64,000 bases of DNA from Botryllus schlosseri (GCA_051294905.1 CM119372.1:3908001-3972000), one strand, 5' to 3'. Positions 43,458 to 55,441 are shown, counted from the stretch's first letter. Made by a program: numbers and translations. The notes: generated from the letters alone by a model not told the origin.

Positions 43458-44410
43458 CAGGGGTCACCAACACACGCCAAGTCATATTCTGCGGCCCGCG
43501 ACCTGATTTGAGATTTCGGAAGAAAGCTAAGAAAATCAATTTGAAATGCTGAAATTGACTACTTTTTCAACATGTTGTTTTTTCAAAATAAGCAATTCTC
43601 TTGTGCCCAATATCTCTATTCGTCACTAGCTAAAACGGCTGTGGGGCTGGCAACAACATTCCATCGAGGGAGAATCAGCTGATACCAATGGGCATGCTGT
43701 CTTGAACTTGACTTTCAATGGCCCAAACACTGCCAAGACCGAGACGCTCAGAAAACGGCTAAGAGCAGTGGTTCCCAAACTGGGGGGCGCGAAAGCATCT
43801 GAAGGGCAGGCGGAGATGCGCTCAACTGAAAAACTTTTCGCGCTCTGCGCAATTTACCTGTAATTCTTAGTTATTGCTCTGTGTATAGTCCGGAATTCGT
43901 CTTATAGAATTCTCTTATCAGCAGTCATAACCTTCCATGCCATCCAACTAGCCGTTGGGATTGCTAGCATTCTGGTTGCATTTTGTGATATGACGATTTT
44001 TCAGTATCATAAAGGGGGGCGTGTCTAATAAAGTTTGAGAACCACTGGCTTAGGGCTTCGCCACAAGATCAAGCTTATGTGAAGATGGTCTTTCAGCTAG
44101 TATCTCGCTAGTCCCAATATCGATTCCTTAGTCGCTGAAAATCGTTTCCAGGTATTGTTCACAGCTCACAGTTCAAAATAAAATAGAATTGATGATAATG
44201 ATTTTTTGTTGTATTTGTATTCCTTTAATAAAATATTATTTCTTTTGTAGTCAATATGCCCATCGCCTATGTTAGGTAGCTCACCGTTGTACTGACGTAG
44301 AGTTTTGGAACTTTGTTGCCTATTTTTCATCGATATCGAATTCATGCGGCCCGCGGCCTCTACGAAATTTGAAAAGTGGCCCGCGACCCGTTTTGAGTTG
44401 GTGACCCCTG
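43458..44410. mobile_element. hAT MITE containing a nested Buster MITE (43766-44047)
   Basis: CAGGGGTCACCAAC...GTTGGTGACCCCTG; perfect TSD ATCTATAG. Confidence 0.88.
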
Positions 44411-44540
44411 ATCTATAGTCTGATCAGTCAACTATAATTATTTGATTGTCCAAGCCTGGTTTCCCAACCCTGCTTTAGCCCCAAACTGATTCCGAAACTT
44501 GTTTTTTCTCAGATTTGTAACTAACAATCGTAACTCTCAA

Positions 44541-46481
44541 ATGACGAGCAACAACCGATCAGGTCAAGACCTATCCGGCTGGGACGGACCGGACATAGGT
44601 GTCTGGAATCCGGCTCAAGCAAATACAGGCAGTCGCAGCTCAGACTATAACGCGGCACCTCCCAACCAACAACCGGCGCAGAGCAATCAGTCGGCAGGAT
44701 GGAATATGCCGTCGCAAAATTATCCGAATCAGCAAGCTTACAGCAACAGTTCTACTGACTGGAATACACAACTCGGGTCACAACAAAGTAATCCATACGG
44801 AAACACTTATCAAACAGGAGGCGATATAAATTCAGACTGGCGTTCACAGAACATTGCACAGTTTTACCAGCATTCACAGCCTAGTGCGTCTCAGTCATAC
44901 CCAGACATGTACCAACAGCGTGTCAACACACCCACACAACCGCTTCAAAATTCATACCAGCAACAAGCTCCATACGTGAATACCGGTGTGAACGGAAGTA
45001 TCATCCAACCCAGCAATACAGCACAGGTTGATGAATCTTTACAAATGACATTTCCTAATTCAGACACGGGTGGGCGAACTGTCACCTTCACGAGTCCCGG
45101 ATCGTTTAGAAATCCATTACTGGATTCTTCGGAGCCGAGTCCAGAAGAACTTTTTAATAATCTTCAAATCGAGGAAGAAAGAAGCCAGCAACTCATGGCC
45201 AATAGGCCAGTAATGCCTTCTCATATTCCACAATCGAGCTTGATTATGTTAAAAAAGCATCTCTTGCAAGCGGCGGAGCCTTTAGCTTCGCCAGAAGCAT
45301 TAAGACTGGCCCGCGAGAGAGAGCTCGGATTTCATAGCATCGATGACATCGGTACTCCGGTTGTTGTCAGCAAGTTATCGGCACAAGCTGCCAGCTTCAC
45401 CCCGAGATCAAAGTCCCGTGTTGTTGTCGTACCCAAAGCAAGCGAAGAGGACGCGTCAGCTATTTTAAACAGCTTATCAAAATTAGTCGAAAACGTCCAA
45501 TCAAAACCCGGTAATTTCGATAACTTGTCTGCCGTATTCGTAAACCAAGTCCGATCTCATTCCCATTCGAAAGAGACTATCAAGGAAATGGTGGATATGA
45601 TTTTCAGTAAAGCCGTAGTCGAAGTCAATTTTCAATACTTAGGAGCAAGACTTTGTGACGTGTTAACTACACCTGATGTTTTAAACGGTTTCCGAACCAC
45701 CTTCCTTAATCAGATGCAGGCGGAGTTTAAAAGAGTTGACCAACTTTTTGACAATGCTATGGTGGAAAATATAGAAAAGGTTCACGGTTTTGTTACTTTT
45801 ATGGCCGAAATCTTTATCCATTTGAAAATTAACGGCAATCCCATTATAGCACTCGGAAAATCGTTTGGTCGTTTTCTTGAAAAACTGCTCACTAAGCCGG
45901 CGAGCAATGTGAATTTTGTTTGTAAGATGTTGAAATTAACCGGCGCGAAACTGCGGGACGCTCTGAGCGGGAAAAACGCAGAGATTTACGAAAACGTGTT
46001 CAGAGTATTGAAAGAGTATTCGGGTAAACAGACTGATAAACAGGATCCAAGCGTTAAAACGATGCTGCTTCTGATCACGTCGGTTCTGAGGTTGAAAGAT
46101 TCCAATTGGGGACGGACAGAGTCTAACAGCAGAAGAAAATCATCGATCGCTGACCCTGAAGCGTACGGAGACAAGTTGTGTGACGTCGATGAAAATTACT
46201 ACATGAACGAGCCTGTGTTTTTTACGCCCGACGGTGTTCAATACACAGCAGCCGAGGCGCAAATACCCGAGTTTTACGACCAGCATCTCGCAAAGTATAA
46301 CGTGAAGCAGGATGCCGTCGGCGAAGAAACAGTGACGTTTCCTTGGAATCCGAAAGATCAGTATTTCGATCAATTTGTGCCTTCTGAAGACGAGGATGAG
46401 TTGTTCAACCAGGATCCTCAAGGAGAGGAATATGATGATGAATATGAAAAGTTTTTGGCTGAATCTGGACAACTGCATTAG
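44541..46481 (+). CDS. PAIP1: Poly(A)-binding protein-interacting protein 1, single coding exon, 646 aa
   Basis: PAM2-like SKLSAQAASFTPR, MIF4G (NFQYLGARLCD...VCKMLKLTG), LKDSNWGR, NYYMNEPVFFTPDGVQYTAA and an acidic tail EYEKFLAES. The first ATG is at 44541, after a splice acceptor at 44511-44512. Confidence 0.9.
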   Translation: MTSNNRSGQDLSGWDGPDIGVWNPAQANTGSRSSDYNAAPPNQQPAQSNQSAGWNMPSQNYPNQQAYSNSSTDWNTQLGSQQSNPYGNTYQTGGDINSDWRSQNIAQFYQHSQPSASQSYPDMYQQRVNTPTQPLQNSYQQQAPYVNTGVNGSIIQPSNTAQVDESLQMTFPNSDTGGRTVTFTSPGSFRNPLLDSSEPSPEELFNNLQIEEERSQQLMANRPVMPSHIPQSSLIMLKKHLLQAAEPLASPEALRLARERELGFHSIDDIGTPVVVSKLSAQAASFTPRSKSRVVVVPKASEEDASAILNSLSKLVENVQSKPGNFDNLSAVFVNQVRSHSHSKETIKEMVDMIFSKAVVEVNFQYLGARLCDVLTTPDVLNGFRTTFLNQMQAEFKRVDQLFDNAMVENIEKVHGFVTFMAEIFIHLKINGNPIIALGKSFGRFLEKLLTKPASNVNFVCKMLKLTGAKLRDALSGKNAEIYENVFRVLKEYSGKQTDKQDPSVKTMLLLITSVLRLKDSNWGRTESNSRRKSSIADPEAYGDKLCDVDENYYMNEPVFFTPDGVQYTAAEAQIPEFYDQHLAKYNVKQDAVGEETVTFPWNPKDQYFDQFVPSEDEDELFNQDPQGEEYDDEYEKFLAESGQLH

Positions 46482-47703
46482 TGTTTGCGGCGAACAGTAG
46501 TCACGTGATTATTTTAATTAGTACCCGAGGTGCCATATTCCAACAAGACCTTGACTCAGTTGAGACACAATATTTCACCATCGCAGTGTAACACTTCAAC
46601 TCACCAAAATACAGTGCGTAAAATTCTTTAATGATATGTATAGACCGTAAAGTCTCTCAATATTTCAGTAGCACTTCGGTTGCACTTATTGATGTGTAAT
46701 TGTTTGTAGATTTGATATCACTGGGAGGGAGCAATTTCGGACAGTCAATGTGTATTTGTTTCTACGGCAAAACTCTCGAATTTGCGATGAACGATTCGTG
46801 GTATGGCAGCTTGATAATTATGATGTAATTCTGGTAAAATTGTGTCATAATCTCATTTTGTGGAGGTTGTCGTTTTTCTATGTCATTTTCAAGCCTCTTA
46901 CTGCTTATGTGTCTGATAACTGATACATTCTTTTCAAGATGGGACAGAATGCGTTTCGCCAAGGTTGCGAATTCATATCGAAATAACTTGACTTTATTGC
47001 TTTCTACGATTATGGAGGTGTGACGAACTACAATTACTGAATGGCTCAGATCTCGAAATTTGTGACACTGTCCATTTCTGAAAAGTATTAATCACGGTCA
47101 CCGTGTATAGATGTGTCAATTTTTTATGCTACATTGCTTGCTGGTTATAGCGACTGCCGCAGATGAATGTGTGAATCCACAAATGCGCAAGCTCATTGAA
47201 GTTTGTCTAAAATGTTGACTTGTTGTCTGTATTGTACAACAGTGATGCCGGATTTAAATTTTGTTTTAAGCTATGTGCTGCGCTAGTATTATGTGACAAG
47301 TCGGTTGCATTTTTATGGTAGGCAGATCCACATGGTTTGCCTATTTTATTGAAAGATTTTCCAAATCATGTTTTAAGATGTCTTCCGATATGTCGACTGT
47401 AGTGGTAGTGATGTTATGCCTGGTGTTACTACAGTTTCTCGATGGATGTCAGGCATTTCATGACCTATTGATGAATAAAAATGTTTATTTCTCTCAGTTG
47501 CCGTTGTCATGTGATCTTTAGAAGTTTGACCTATGTTCTCGGCACAAAACAATGTTATATTCATTTTACTGGCTTTAAGGTCTGAAATACTGGATTAGCC
47601 TTTGATTACGAACTTGTATTGCGGCAATTCATTATTTTCCAGATCTAGTATGTACTAATATACTGGTGGCAGCTGGCGCAAGGAACGTTTGAAGTGAAGC
47701 AAA

Positions 47704-50700
47704 ATGGTATGATATCTTGTCATTAATAAGGGTTTCGTAATGTTAGCTCGAACTCTTTTCCGCAAAGCAATTCAAACATAGATATATTATGACCTTAAAA
47801 ATTTAGCCAATCAAAAGATGTATGATGCTGATGTGTAGTGACACGTAAACTTTGTTTTACTTGAAGAACTATGTGGTCACGAAAGAAATTTAAAAATTTA
47901 CAATAATATTCATTTTTTTAATGACCACATTTTTCCCGGCCTACATGGATATAATCACTACCATCATAGATCAATCAATCAGCAATTTCCGGTATGGATG
48001 GAAGGGTCAGTAGGCGCCACCCAATTCTAAATGAAATCTATTTCCATCTCAAAAAGTCCATAGAGAGCAACCGAATATGATATGTCAATTGAGATTTCTG
48101 CAGTAAATACGTATATGTGTAACAGCTTATCAGAAGTGGAATTGCTAAAAATGAAAGTTTTTTGAAAACAACAAAAAAGGTTGATTGTCTTGGAGCCTAC
48201 CCACGAATGCCACATATTTACATGGTTTTCTATTATGATCTGTAGGATGAGGTCGGTGTTAGATTGAAAGCCTAGACTATTCCAGGACCCCTTTCTATCT
48301 TTTCATTGTTTTGCAACCTTGTGATATTTAAAATTATGAATAAACCGACTCGAACGCAGTTGTGCATTTTAACAAATTGAAGGGAGACTTCCATACATGC
48401 TGATAATGTTCCAGATCTACGATCCAGCATGACATACAAGTTTTTTATGATAGTGTTGAAGCCTATAAACTTCAGTCAGCTTGGTGCTATGGCCGGCTAC
48501 TTATGTTGATGCAACGATTTTGCAGAGATTCCGTTTTTGTGGAGATCTGGATTGCCCAGATTGGGTCTTGGCTGAGATTAACATTCTTGCAAGATTGGTG
48601 AGTCGGATATTGGAATAATCCAAGAGCTTTTAGTTAAGCCCTGTTTCTTTACAAGACTTCCGTCAAAATGAAACTGTTGGTGATGCAAGTGATCAAGGCA
48701 ATCTTGGGCGATGAGATTGATGTGAGCATTCTGTTCGAGTTTTGGTTGGTACTTGGTAGCACCTAACTTCTTGTCATTGCAGATGAAAAAAGTGGAAAAG
48801 ATAACGGCGGACGCAAAATATGGTGAGCATAAATATAGTCCTATCTATAGTAGGGCCTTTCAAAAAACGTTTTTACAAATTTAACTGTCTGTTTGATAAA
48901 GTTTGATTTCCTAAAAAAATGTTGCACATTAAATTCGGCTCAATTCCAGTTACAGCCTGTAGTTTGAAAGCATTGCTTTTGTGGGAGAAAGTTCGGGATT
49001 ACTTAGACAAAACTGAAACAAATGGAAATTTTCTTGGCTGCCCCATGAAATTGTTGGGTTGTCTAAAAAAACGGTACCGTACATAGCAAATTTTACTAAT
49101 TCCAACTAGTAAAAGTGAAGTTATTTTGGATATAAAAAAATATACGGTATGAAATTCTTTCAATATTTGTTGCAGAATTAGTCACCGTAAATCAGAAATT
49201 TTCTACTACAATAACTTCACTTCTAGACTTCTTGGAATTGAGCCACATCTTTCTATAGACAACCTAAAAATCCCATGATGTAGCCAGTGAAACTAGAAAT
49301 TATTAGTTAATAAATCGAAAACTTTCTCCTCTAATAGCAATTGCTGAGACTACAATTTGAAAATGAGCCAAATGTGGCATTTCGAGGTGGACCACAGAGC
49401 ACACCTCAAAATACTCCTGTCCTGTGGCCCACGGGTTGAAAACCCCTGCATTAGGCTTTATCAAACGGTTTTCTTTCAGCGAGGGTGTCACCATAATTAA
49501 GAATTATGTAATTGACACTACCGGTAATCTATTGTGACATTGCAATCTGTGATCCCTTTGCTGGTATGCCATGAAGTAGGCCTACCGGTATTTGGAATTT
49601 TCCAACACGGTCTTTACTGCAGTGCTAACATGTAGCCTACACTCTTGTTCAGAATCGGGTGATGTTAAAGCAAGCATAGCCGGCATAAAATATATCATTT
49701 CAAGTGCCGCCAAGCATAATGTTGACGAAGAAATCTTGTCAAGTGAGTTGCAGCAACTTGGACTCCCAAAAGGTACTATTTGCTCATCTTAGTGCACAAC
49801 ATTATGATCTGGAAGAAACATTATTTCGGCCAATGATTTTCCAGAACATAGCGTTTCGCTATGTAAGGCATACGGAGGGAAGATGTCGTCGTTGAAGGAG
49901 CAATTTCGTAAGGAAAGTTTCCGGAAATCAAACAATATGAAGGAAGTGACTTGGAAAATAGATGAAGAGTCACCGTCAGGCGTTAAAAGAATCAAATTGA
50001 CAATACACGTAGGGCGTCCTTGCTTGTATCGCAGTCCTAGTTTAGCAACCATATCTATTTGTCTTACTTAGATGCTGTCAGCCAGTGGCATCCCCGAAGA
50101 GAAGACACTTATAGTTCCATCGGACAAGTTGAGAGTTCTTCTCCATGGTGAGTACACTCATTACAGTTATTCAGTAATTAGGGTTTGACCACAGCCAGTA
50201 ATATTGTGACATCCTTGATTCTTTCCTATAAACCAGTGGTTCCCAACCTGGGGGTCGCGACCCCCTTGGGGGTCGCAGAGCATTTCATAGGGGGTCGCGA
50301 AGCTATTGCTCATGCAACAACAAAAGTGAATGTAAGTAGCGCGAGGTACCGGTTTGCTAGTAGTAGGTGCCTTATTGTGTGTCACTCATCCAGTATGCGT
50401 CCACTGTGATGTAATAAATATGACTGTAGGTCCTATGGTAACGTTTATTACATCACAGTGAACGCATACTGTGTAGGACTAAGCGTTCAGTCACTGTAAA
50501 TTGAAACTCTATTAACAAAATAGCCTTGTATATTAGACAACAGAGATCAGTCAAGACTCGAGATTGCTAAAAAATAGTTAAAGGGAGCATCGTTCGATGG
50601 AGAAAAAACGAAAATACATTGAAGAGTACATTAACCTCGGCTTTACTTCTTTTTTGACCAATGGTGTTGAGAAGCCACAGTGTGTTCTATGCAACGTTGT

Positions 50701-53345
50701 TCTTAGCGCAGAATCATTGAAACCATCAAAATTGAAACGCCATTTGGAAACCAAGCACCCTGAACATGCTAAAAAGGATGCAGCATTCTTTAAGCGCCAT
50801 GAAGCTGGTCTCAAGCGGCAACGGCTTGATGCTACTGGAAACTTTTATCAGGTAAATGTGGCTGTACTTCAGGCGTCCTATGAAGTCGCACTGGAAATTG
50901 CCAAAGGAAAGAAACCTCACACTATTGGGGAAACACTTGTGAAGCCATGCTTGTTAAAAACAGTAAAGCTGGTTCTCGGGGATGCAAGTGCGGCGAAAGT
51001 TAAACAAGTCTCTCTTTCTAACAATACCATCAAGAGACGCATATCGGATATGTCCAAAGATGTAACAGTGCAAGTGATACAGGAGATCAAGGCTTCTCCG
51101 ATGTTTTCAATTCAGGTAGACGAGACAACAGATGTTAGCTCATGTGCTCAGCTTCTCGTTTTTGTCAAGTATATCAATTCCGGTGACTTCAAAGAGGAAT
51201 TTCTTTTCTGCAGTGAGCTGGAAACTACTACAAAAAGTGCAGATGTTATGAAGAAGATGACAACTTTTTTTGAATCTGCCCAACTTGATTGGACAAATGT
51301 TTGTGGAGTTTGTACAGATGGCGCCCCTTCTATGTTGGGATCGCAGTCTGGCTTTCAAACACAAGTTAAGGGGCTTGCACCTGAAGCAAAGGGAACGCAC
51401 TGTTTCATCCATAGATATGCACTTGCCAGCAAAACATTACCAGCTCAACTAAAAGATGTATTGAATTCTGTGGTGAAAATCGTAAATTTTATCAAAGCAG
51501 GAGGTCTCAGCTCACGTCAGTTCAAAGAACTTTGCAAGGATATGAACTCAACACACGAAACGTTGCTTTTCCACACAGCTGTTCGTTGGCTCTCCAAAGG
51601 GAACGTTCTTAATCGCGTTTATGAGATGAAGGTTGAGATTCAGGCATTTTTAGAATTTAAAAATAAAAGGGAATTTTTGTCATACTTCAATGATGATAAG
51701 TGGATGAACTGCCTGGCTTATTTGGCGGACATATTTGAAAAATTGAACTGCCTAAATCTGAAACTTCAAGGGAAAGACACAAATATTATACAACTCAATG
51801 ATAATGTCAAGGCATTTGTCTCAAAATTGAAAGACTGGCAGCGAAAAGTGCATATTGGGAACATTGCTATGTTTGACAGATTGTCCAGTGTTTCTTGCAT
51901 CGAAGAAACGGGTGAAGAGTTCGAAGATTTAAAAAAATTGATTGTGGCACACCTGCAGACCATGGAGTCCGAGTTCCAACGTTACTTTCCAGAACTCGAA
52001 GAGCAAGAAGCTACACTTGTTCAAAATCCGTTTTCCGTTTCTTTGGATGCAAGTGGCATTCCTGATGAAATCCAAGATCAATATTTTGATCTTAAGAATG
52101 ACTCATCTGCTCGAATTCGCTACTATGAAAAGTCACTCTCTCAATTTTGGTGTGAAATGTATGATTCATACCCACAAATTTCTAAGCTGGCTTTTCAAGT
52201 GTTACTGCCCTTCGCTACGACGTATCTATGCGAGAGTGGGTTTTCAGCTCTTCTACATCTGAAAACGAAGGAAAGAAATAGAATGAATGTAGAAGACGAC
52301 ATGAGACTGGCTCTGTCTAGCACCCAACCTCGAATTTCACGGTTAGCTGCAGACCTACAAGGTCAACCATCGCATTGATTTGTCAATAAATGCAAGAAAA
52401 ACATTTTTAGTGCTGCCTTTCTAATTATGCATTTTTTATAGGGGGTCACCAAGAAAAATATTTTTTTTAAAGGCAATTATACATTTTTAAATGCAAGAAA
52501 AACATTTTTTAAGTGTGGGTCGCGGTATCTAAGAAATTTTTTAAAGGGGGTCGCCAAGACAAAAAGGTTGGGAACCACTGCTATAAACTGTTACTTTTGG
52601 GCAGGGGTCTCAAACACGTGGCCTGCGAGAAAATTTTGCGCGGCCAGCGTCAAAAGCGAATGTTAAGACATTATTATTCAAATATATGAAAATGTGATTT
52701 TTTCGTGGCAAGCGTGCAGACAGTAAATCACATTTTCGCAATGGGTGTAGAACAGTGGTTCCCAACTTTTTTCGACTCGTAGGTGTCAGTAACGGCACTT
52801 CTCTACATGTAGATTTTGCCTACTTCATCAAGTGTTTGTTTCAGACTACTTCGACGTGACTAAGTGTTTGTTTCAGACTACTTCGACGTGACTGTTTTCT
52901 AGGCATAGCAAACGAACTTATTTACTTACTTACTTAGAATCGCCAGTTCTTCCGCTTGCATGAAAGTTTAATTTACTTCTACTTGGTACGTTTACTTACT
53001 TGGAAATCGCTAGTTGTACTTGTAATGAGTAACAATGGTGGCTACTTTGACCACCTCTACCCCTTACCCTGACCAAATCACTGGCCCATCCCTGTCCCTA
53101 ACCCAGAATGCAAATTCCCAAAGTGCCATATATCACAATTCCACCTCGAAACTCAGTGGAGCGTTGATTTTCATGCATCATTGTGGAAACTATACTAGAA
53201 ATTACACTTCTGATGCCAAATTCACTTGGTAACCACCTGATTCAATTTGTGCACAACGGCCAGCATATATTTCATAATGTAAGCTGTATTATTTTTCTTT
53301 TTTTCAGAATTGAGAACCGCGCAAAACCTGTTGAACTCATACTGA
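47704..53345 (+). CDS. COMMD4: COMM domain-containing protein 4 (8 coding exons)
   Basis: ATG-only coding part of exon 1 probably 47704-47706 (uncertain), then 48526-48597 ([18 protein letters not shown]), 48656-48721, 48783-48822, 49653-49772 (ESGDVKA...[11 protein letters not shown]), 49845-50008, 50072-50147 and 53308-53345 ([12 protein letters not shown]). Phases agree. Confidence 0.93.
50234..52580 (+). mobile_element. Full-length Buster/Charlie-family hAT transposon (2347 bp) in the last COMMD4 intron
   Basis: 16-bp TIR CAGTGGTTCCCAACCT...AGGTTGGGAACCACTG; perfect TSD CTATAAAC (NNNTANNN pattern); GGGGTCGC subterminal repeats at both ends. Confidence 0.97.
50597..52378 (+). CDS. hAT (Buster-type, ZBED5/ZBED8-like) transposase, 593 aa, uninterrupted
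   Basis: BED finger (PQCVLC...[10 protein letters not shown]), VDETTD, TDGAPSM, HCFIH, VRWLS and [10 protein letters not shown], i.e. all DDE and CxxH motifs. Confidence 0.95.
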   Translation: MEKKRKYIEEYINLGFTSFLTNGVEKPQCVLCNVVLSAESLKPSKLKRHLETKHPEHAKKDAAFFKRHEAGLKRQRLDATGNFYQVNVAVLQASYEVALEIAKGKKPHTIGETLVKPCLLKTVKLVLGDASAAKVKQVSLSNNTIKRRISDMSKDVTVQVIQEIKASPMFSIQVDETTDVSSCAQLLVFVKYINSGDFKEEFLFCSELETTTKSADVMKKMTTFFESAQLDWTNVCGVCTDGAPSMLGSQSGFQTQVKGLAPEAKGTHCFIHRYALASKTLPAQLKDVLNSVVKIVNFIKAGGLSSRQFKELCKDMNSTHETLLFHTAVRWLSKGNVLNRVYEMKVEIQAFLEFKNKREFLSYFNDDKWMNCLAYLADIFEKLNCLNLKLQGKDTNIIQLNDNVKAFVSKLKDWQRKVHIGNIAMFDRLSSVSCIEETGEEFEDLKKLIVAHLQTMESEFQRYFPELEEQEATLVQNPFSVSLDASGIPDEIQDQYFDLKNDSSARIRYYEKSLSQFWCEMYDSYPQISKLAFQVLLPFATTYLCESGFSALLHLKTKERNRMNVEDDMRLALSSTQPRISRLAADLQGQPSH

Positions 53346-53767
53346 AGTCCTTTTTTTACTGGATATTTCTATCGAAAAATGTGCAATCTAACAACAGATA
53401 TTTTGTTCAATGCCTGGCTGCTATTCAGCGTTGTGCTCATGAAGATCAGCAGTACAACACACATACGCGTCAGATCAAAATACTATTATTTCATTCCAAA
53501 TGTTTGCATTTCATTAGCGGAATGTCGAGTAATTATCGGAAACGAAAACAGAATCGATGAACGGGAAAGCAGTGATAGATACCCTCCTTCCATTGGAAGG
53601 GTACCGTAAAATATATGTAACAAATATAACAAGCACCAATTTCTTCGAGATGGAAACGCAGTGGCAAATGTTAATAATCAGAAACAGCAATCTGAAGAGG
53701 AACGGTAATAGATAAGTCTGGTACGCGTTCGAGTGCTACTACGGTGTAAAAGTGATGCTGGAGGTCC

Positions 53768-55441
53768 TCAAGTGGTAGGAATGAAGTTGAAATCATTGTG
53801 GTTATCATCTGCGGGTGCTCTCAATATAGCAGTGTCTCCTTGTATCTCAAACTTCATCCCAAGCGCCATTGGACTGCCATCGTCGTTTCCATTGTAGGAT
53901 TGGTGGTCGCTGTCATTATCGGAGATTACCTTTTCGGTTTTTGGAACTTTCAATCGGAACGTGGTGGATAACGGCGGACGTTTCCGCCTGCTTGAGGATG
54001 ATTTTTTCGTGGCAACCGGGGGTGTCGCCTCTTCAACCCTGGTGTCGGAGTGGACGCAGCTTGTTGAAATTTCATTACTATCACTCATTTGAGACTTCTG
54101 TTCGTACTTCTCCAAAAAGCTTGCTTTCTCGTTTTGCGGACTGTTCTGACCGCTAAGTGCTTCTGAGACTATCTTCTCGTAGATTGTGGGACAAGATCTT
54201 TCGAGGTACTGAACTATGGATGGTGACCCAAACGATTGAGCGGTTACATGTAATTCGCTCAGCTGCGAGTCGGTGAGTGACGTTATGTTACTCAGCTTCC
54301 CTAAATACGCAATCTCAATCCATCTTTTCATTGAATCCCTACTGATATCAGGTAAAGTTATGGAGATCGATCCAGTGTTGTCGAGTAAAGCTCGCATCCT
54401 GTCTGATACCACAGCCATAACACTCGAGTGTGCTTTGAATTCGAAGCCCGCACTGGATTCGTAACATTCAATAGTATCGTTCTCCGAGCCTGGAATAGGA
54501 TATTTATCGATATCAACTCTTTTCTGTTTGTGCGGTATTGTTATCGTACAATCACAACACATATCTCTCTTCTGCTGTTCGTACAATGTCTGCATGACCA
54601 TGGCCGAGTGCATGAAGTCGACTTCACGGCCTGTGGCTATTTTCGCGACCAGTGCCGGGGTCGGTAAAGCCTTTTTCGCGGTATGCTGCGGCGCCTTGGG
54701 TGAAGTTTTTTTCTCGGCTTTGCGGGTGTTGGCGTAATATTTTGGTAATATCGGTCTTTTCGGCGCTTCCAGCCCGTGCTGTACCCTTTTATGGAATATA
54801 TTGTCCAAGTGCTTCGACAACCTGCTGGCGTTGATTTCCTCGTCTGGACTTTCTAAACGCATGATAGTGCCACACGTCTTGCAGATATATGAATTTTGCC
54901 GTGCGCTGTGGAGCAGAAACTGGTCTTTGACGGCTGCCTTTTCGACGGCGTTGGGGCTGGAATCCTCTTCTTCTTCTTGGTCCTCCCGTTGGGCCGTTGC
55001 ATATTTGATGGGATGCTTCTGCTTGATGTGATTCCACATCGACGTCGTGTTGCGGTCGCAGCCTCTCGAAACGCGTTCTCCGCATTCGCAACATATCGAG
55101 ATGTTCTTATCGTGGTCGTCTAACCAAAAGAACTTCCATACTTTTGATGTAAATCCCTTGGTCGACTGTTTCTGTAGGATTGATAAATTCCAATTTTCCA
55201 TTAACCCCTCCTTCATGATATCGTCCTGATTTATTCCGGCTAGCATTTTCGCTACTTCCGGATGATCAGAACTGAGGTGTTTCCAGAGTTTGGCGGTTGT
55301 GCACTTGTCTTTCGGGTAGTTGATGTTGGGCGGAAAAACGTTGTTACAAATTCTGCATGTCGCCTTCTCTTCTTGTCCGGATACTCCGGGGAGAAAAGCA
55401 AGCCAGATCTTCGATCGCCGACGATATGTGCCACTCTCCAT
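53768..55441 (-). CDS. Intronless protein with 2-3 N-terminal BED zinc fingers followed by a BTB/POZ domain (557 aa)
   Basis: BED1 SKIWLAF...CRIC...LWKHLSSDH; BED2 SKVWKFF...CCEC...TTSMWNHIKQKH; degenerate third finger CKTC...LSKHLDNIFH; BTB LYEQQKRDMCCDCTI...FKAHSSVMAVVSDRMRALL...IEIAYLGKL. Splice acceptor 17 nt before the ATG. Confidence 0.85.
   Translation of the reverse strand: MESGTYRRRSKIWLAFLPGVSGQEEKATCRICNNVFPPNINYPKDKCTTAKLWKHLSSDHPEVAKMLAGINQDDIMKEGLMENWNLSILQKQSTKGFTSKVWKFFWLDDHDKNISICCECGERVSRGCDRNTTSMWNHIKQKHPIKYATAQREDQEEEEDSSPNAVEKAAVKDQFLLHSARQNSYICKTCGTIMRLESPDEEINASRLSKHLDNIFHKRVQHGLEAPKRPILPKYYANTRKAEKKTSPKAPQHTAKKALPTPALVAKIATGREVDFMHSAMVMQTLYEQQKRDMCCDCTITIPHKQKRVDIDKYPIPGSENDTIECYESSAGFEFKAHSSVMAVVSDRMRALLDNTGSISITLPDISRDSMKRWIEIAYLGKLSNITSLTDSQLSELHVTAQSFGSPSIVQYLERSCPTIYEKIVSEALSGQNSPQNEKASFLEKYEQKSQMSDSNEISTSCVHSDTRVEEATPPVATKKSSSSRRKRPPLSTTFRLKVPKTEKVISDNDSDHQSYNGNDDGSPMALGMKFEIQGDTAILRAPADDNHNDFNFIPTT

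Noticed and set aside
44499..44540. TTG start of the 660-aa ORF in the ORF track
   Set aside because: It lies in a polypyrimidine tract/acceptor; ATG 44541 is the plausible start.
52830..52895. 32-bp tandem duplication (also ~117-bp at 26745-26975 and ~150-bp at 29960-30230)
   Set aside because: Ordinary local intronic duplications with no further structure.
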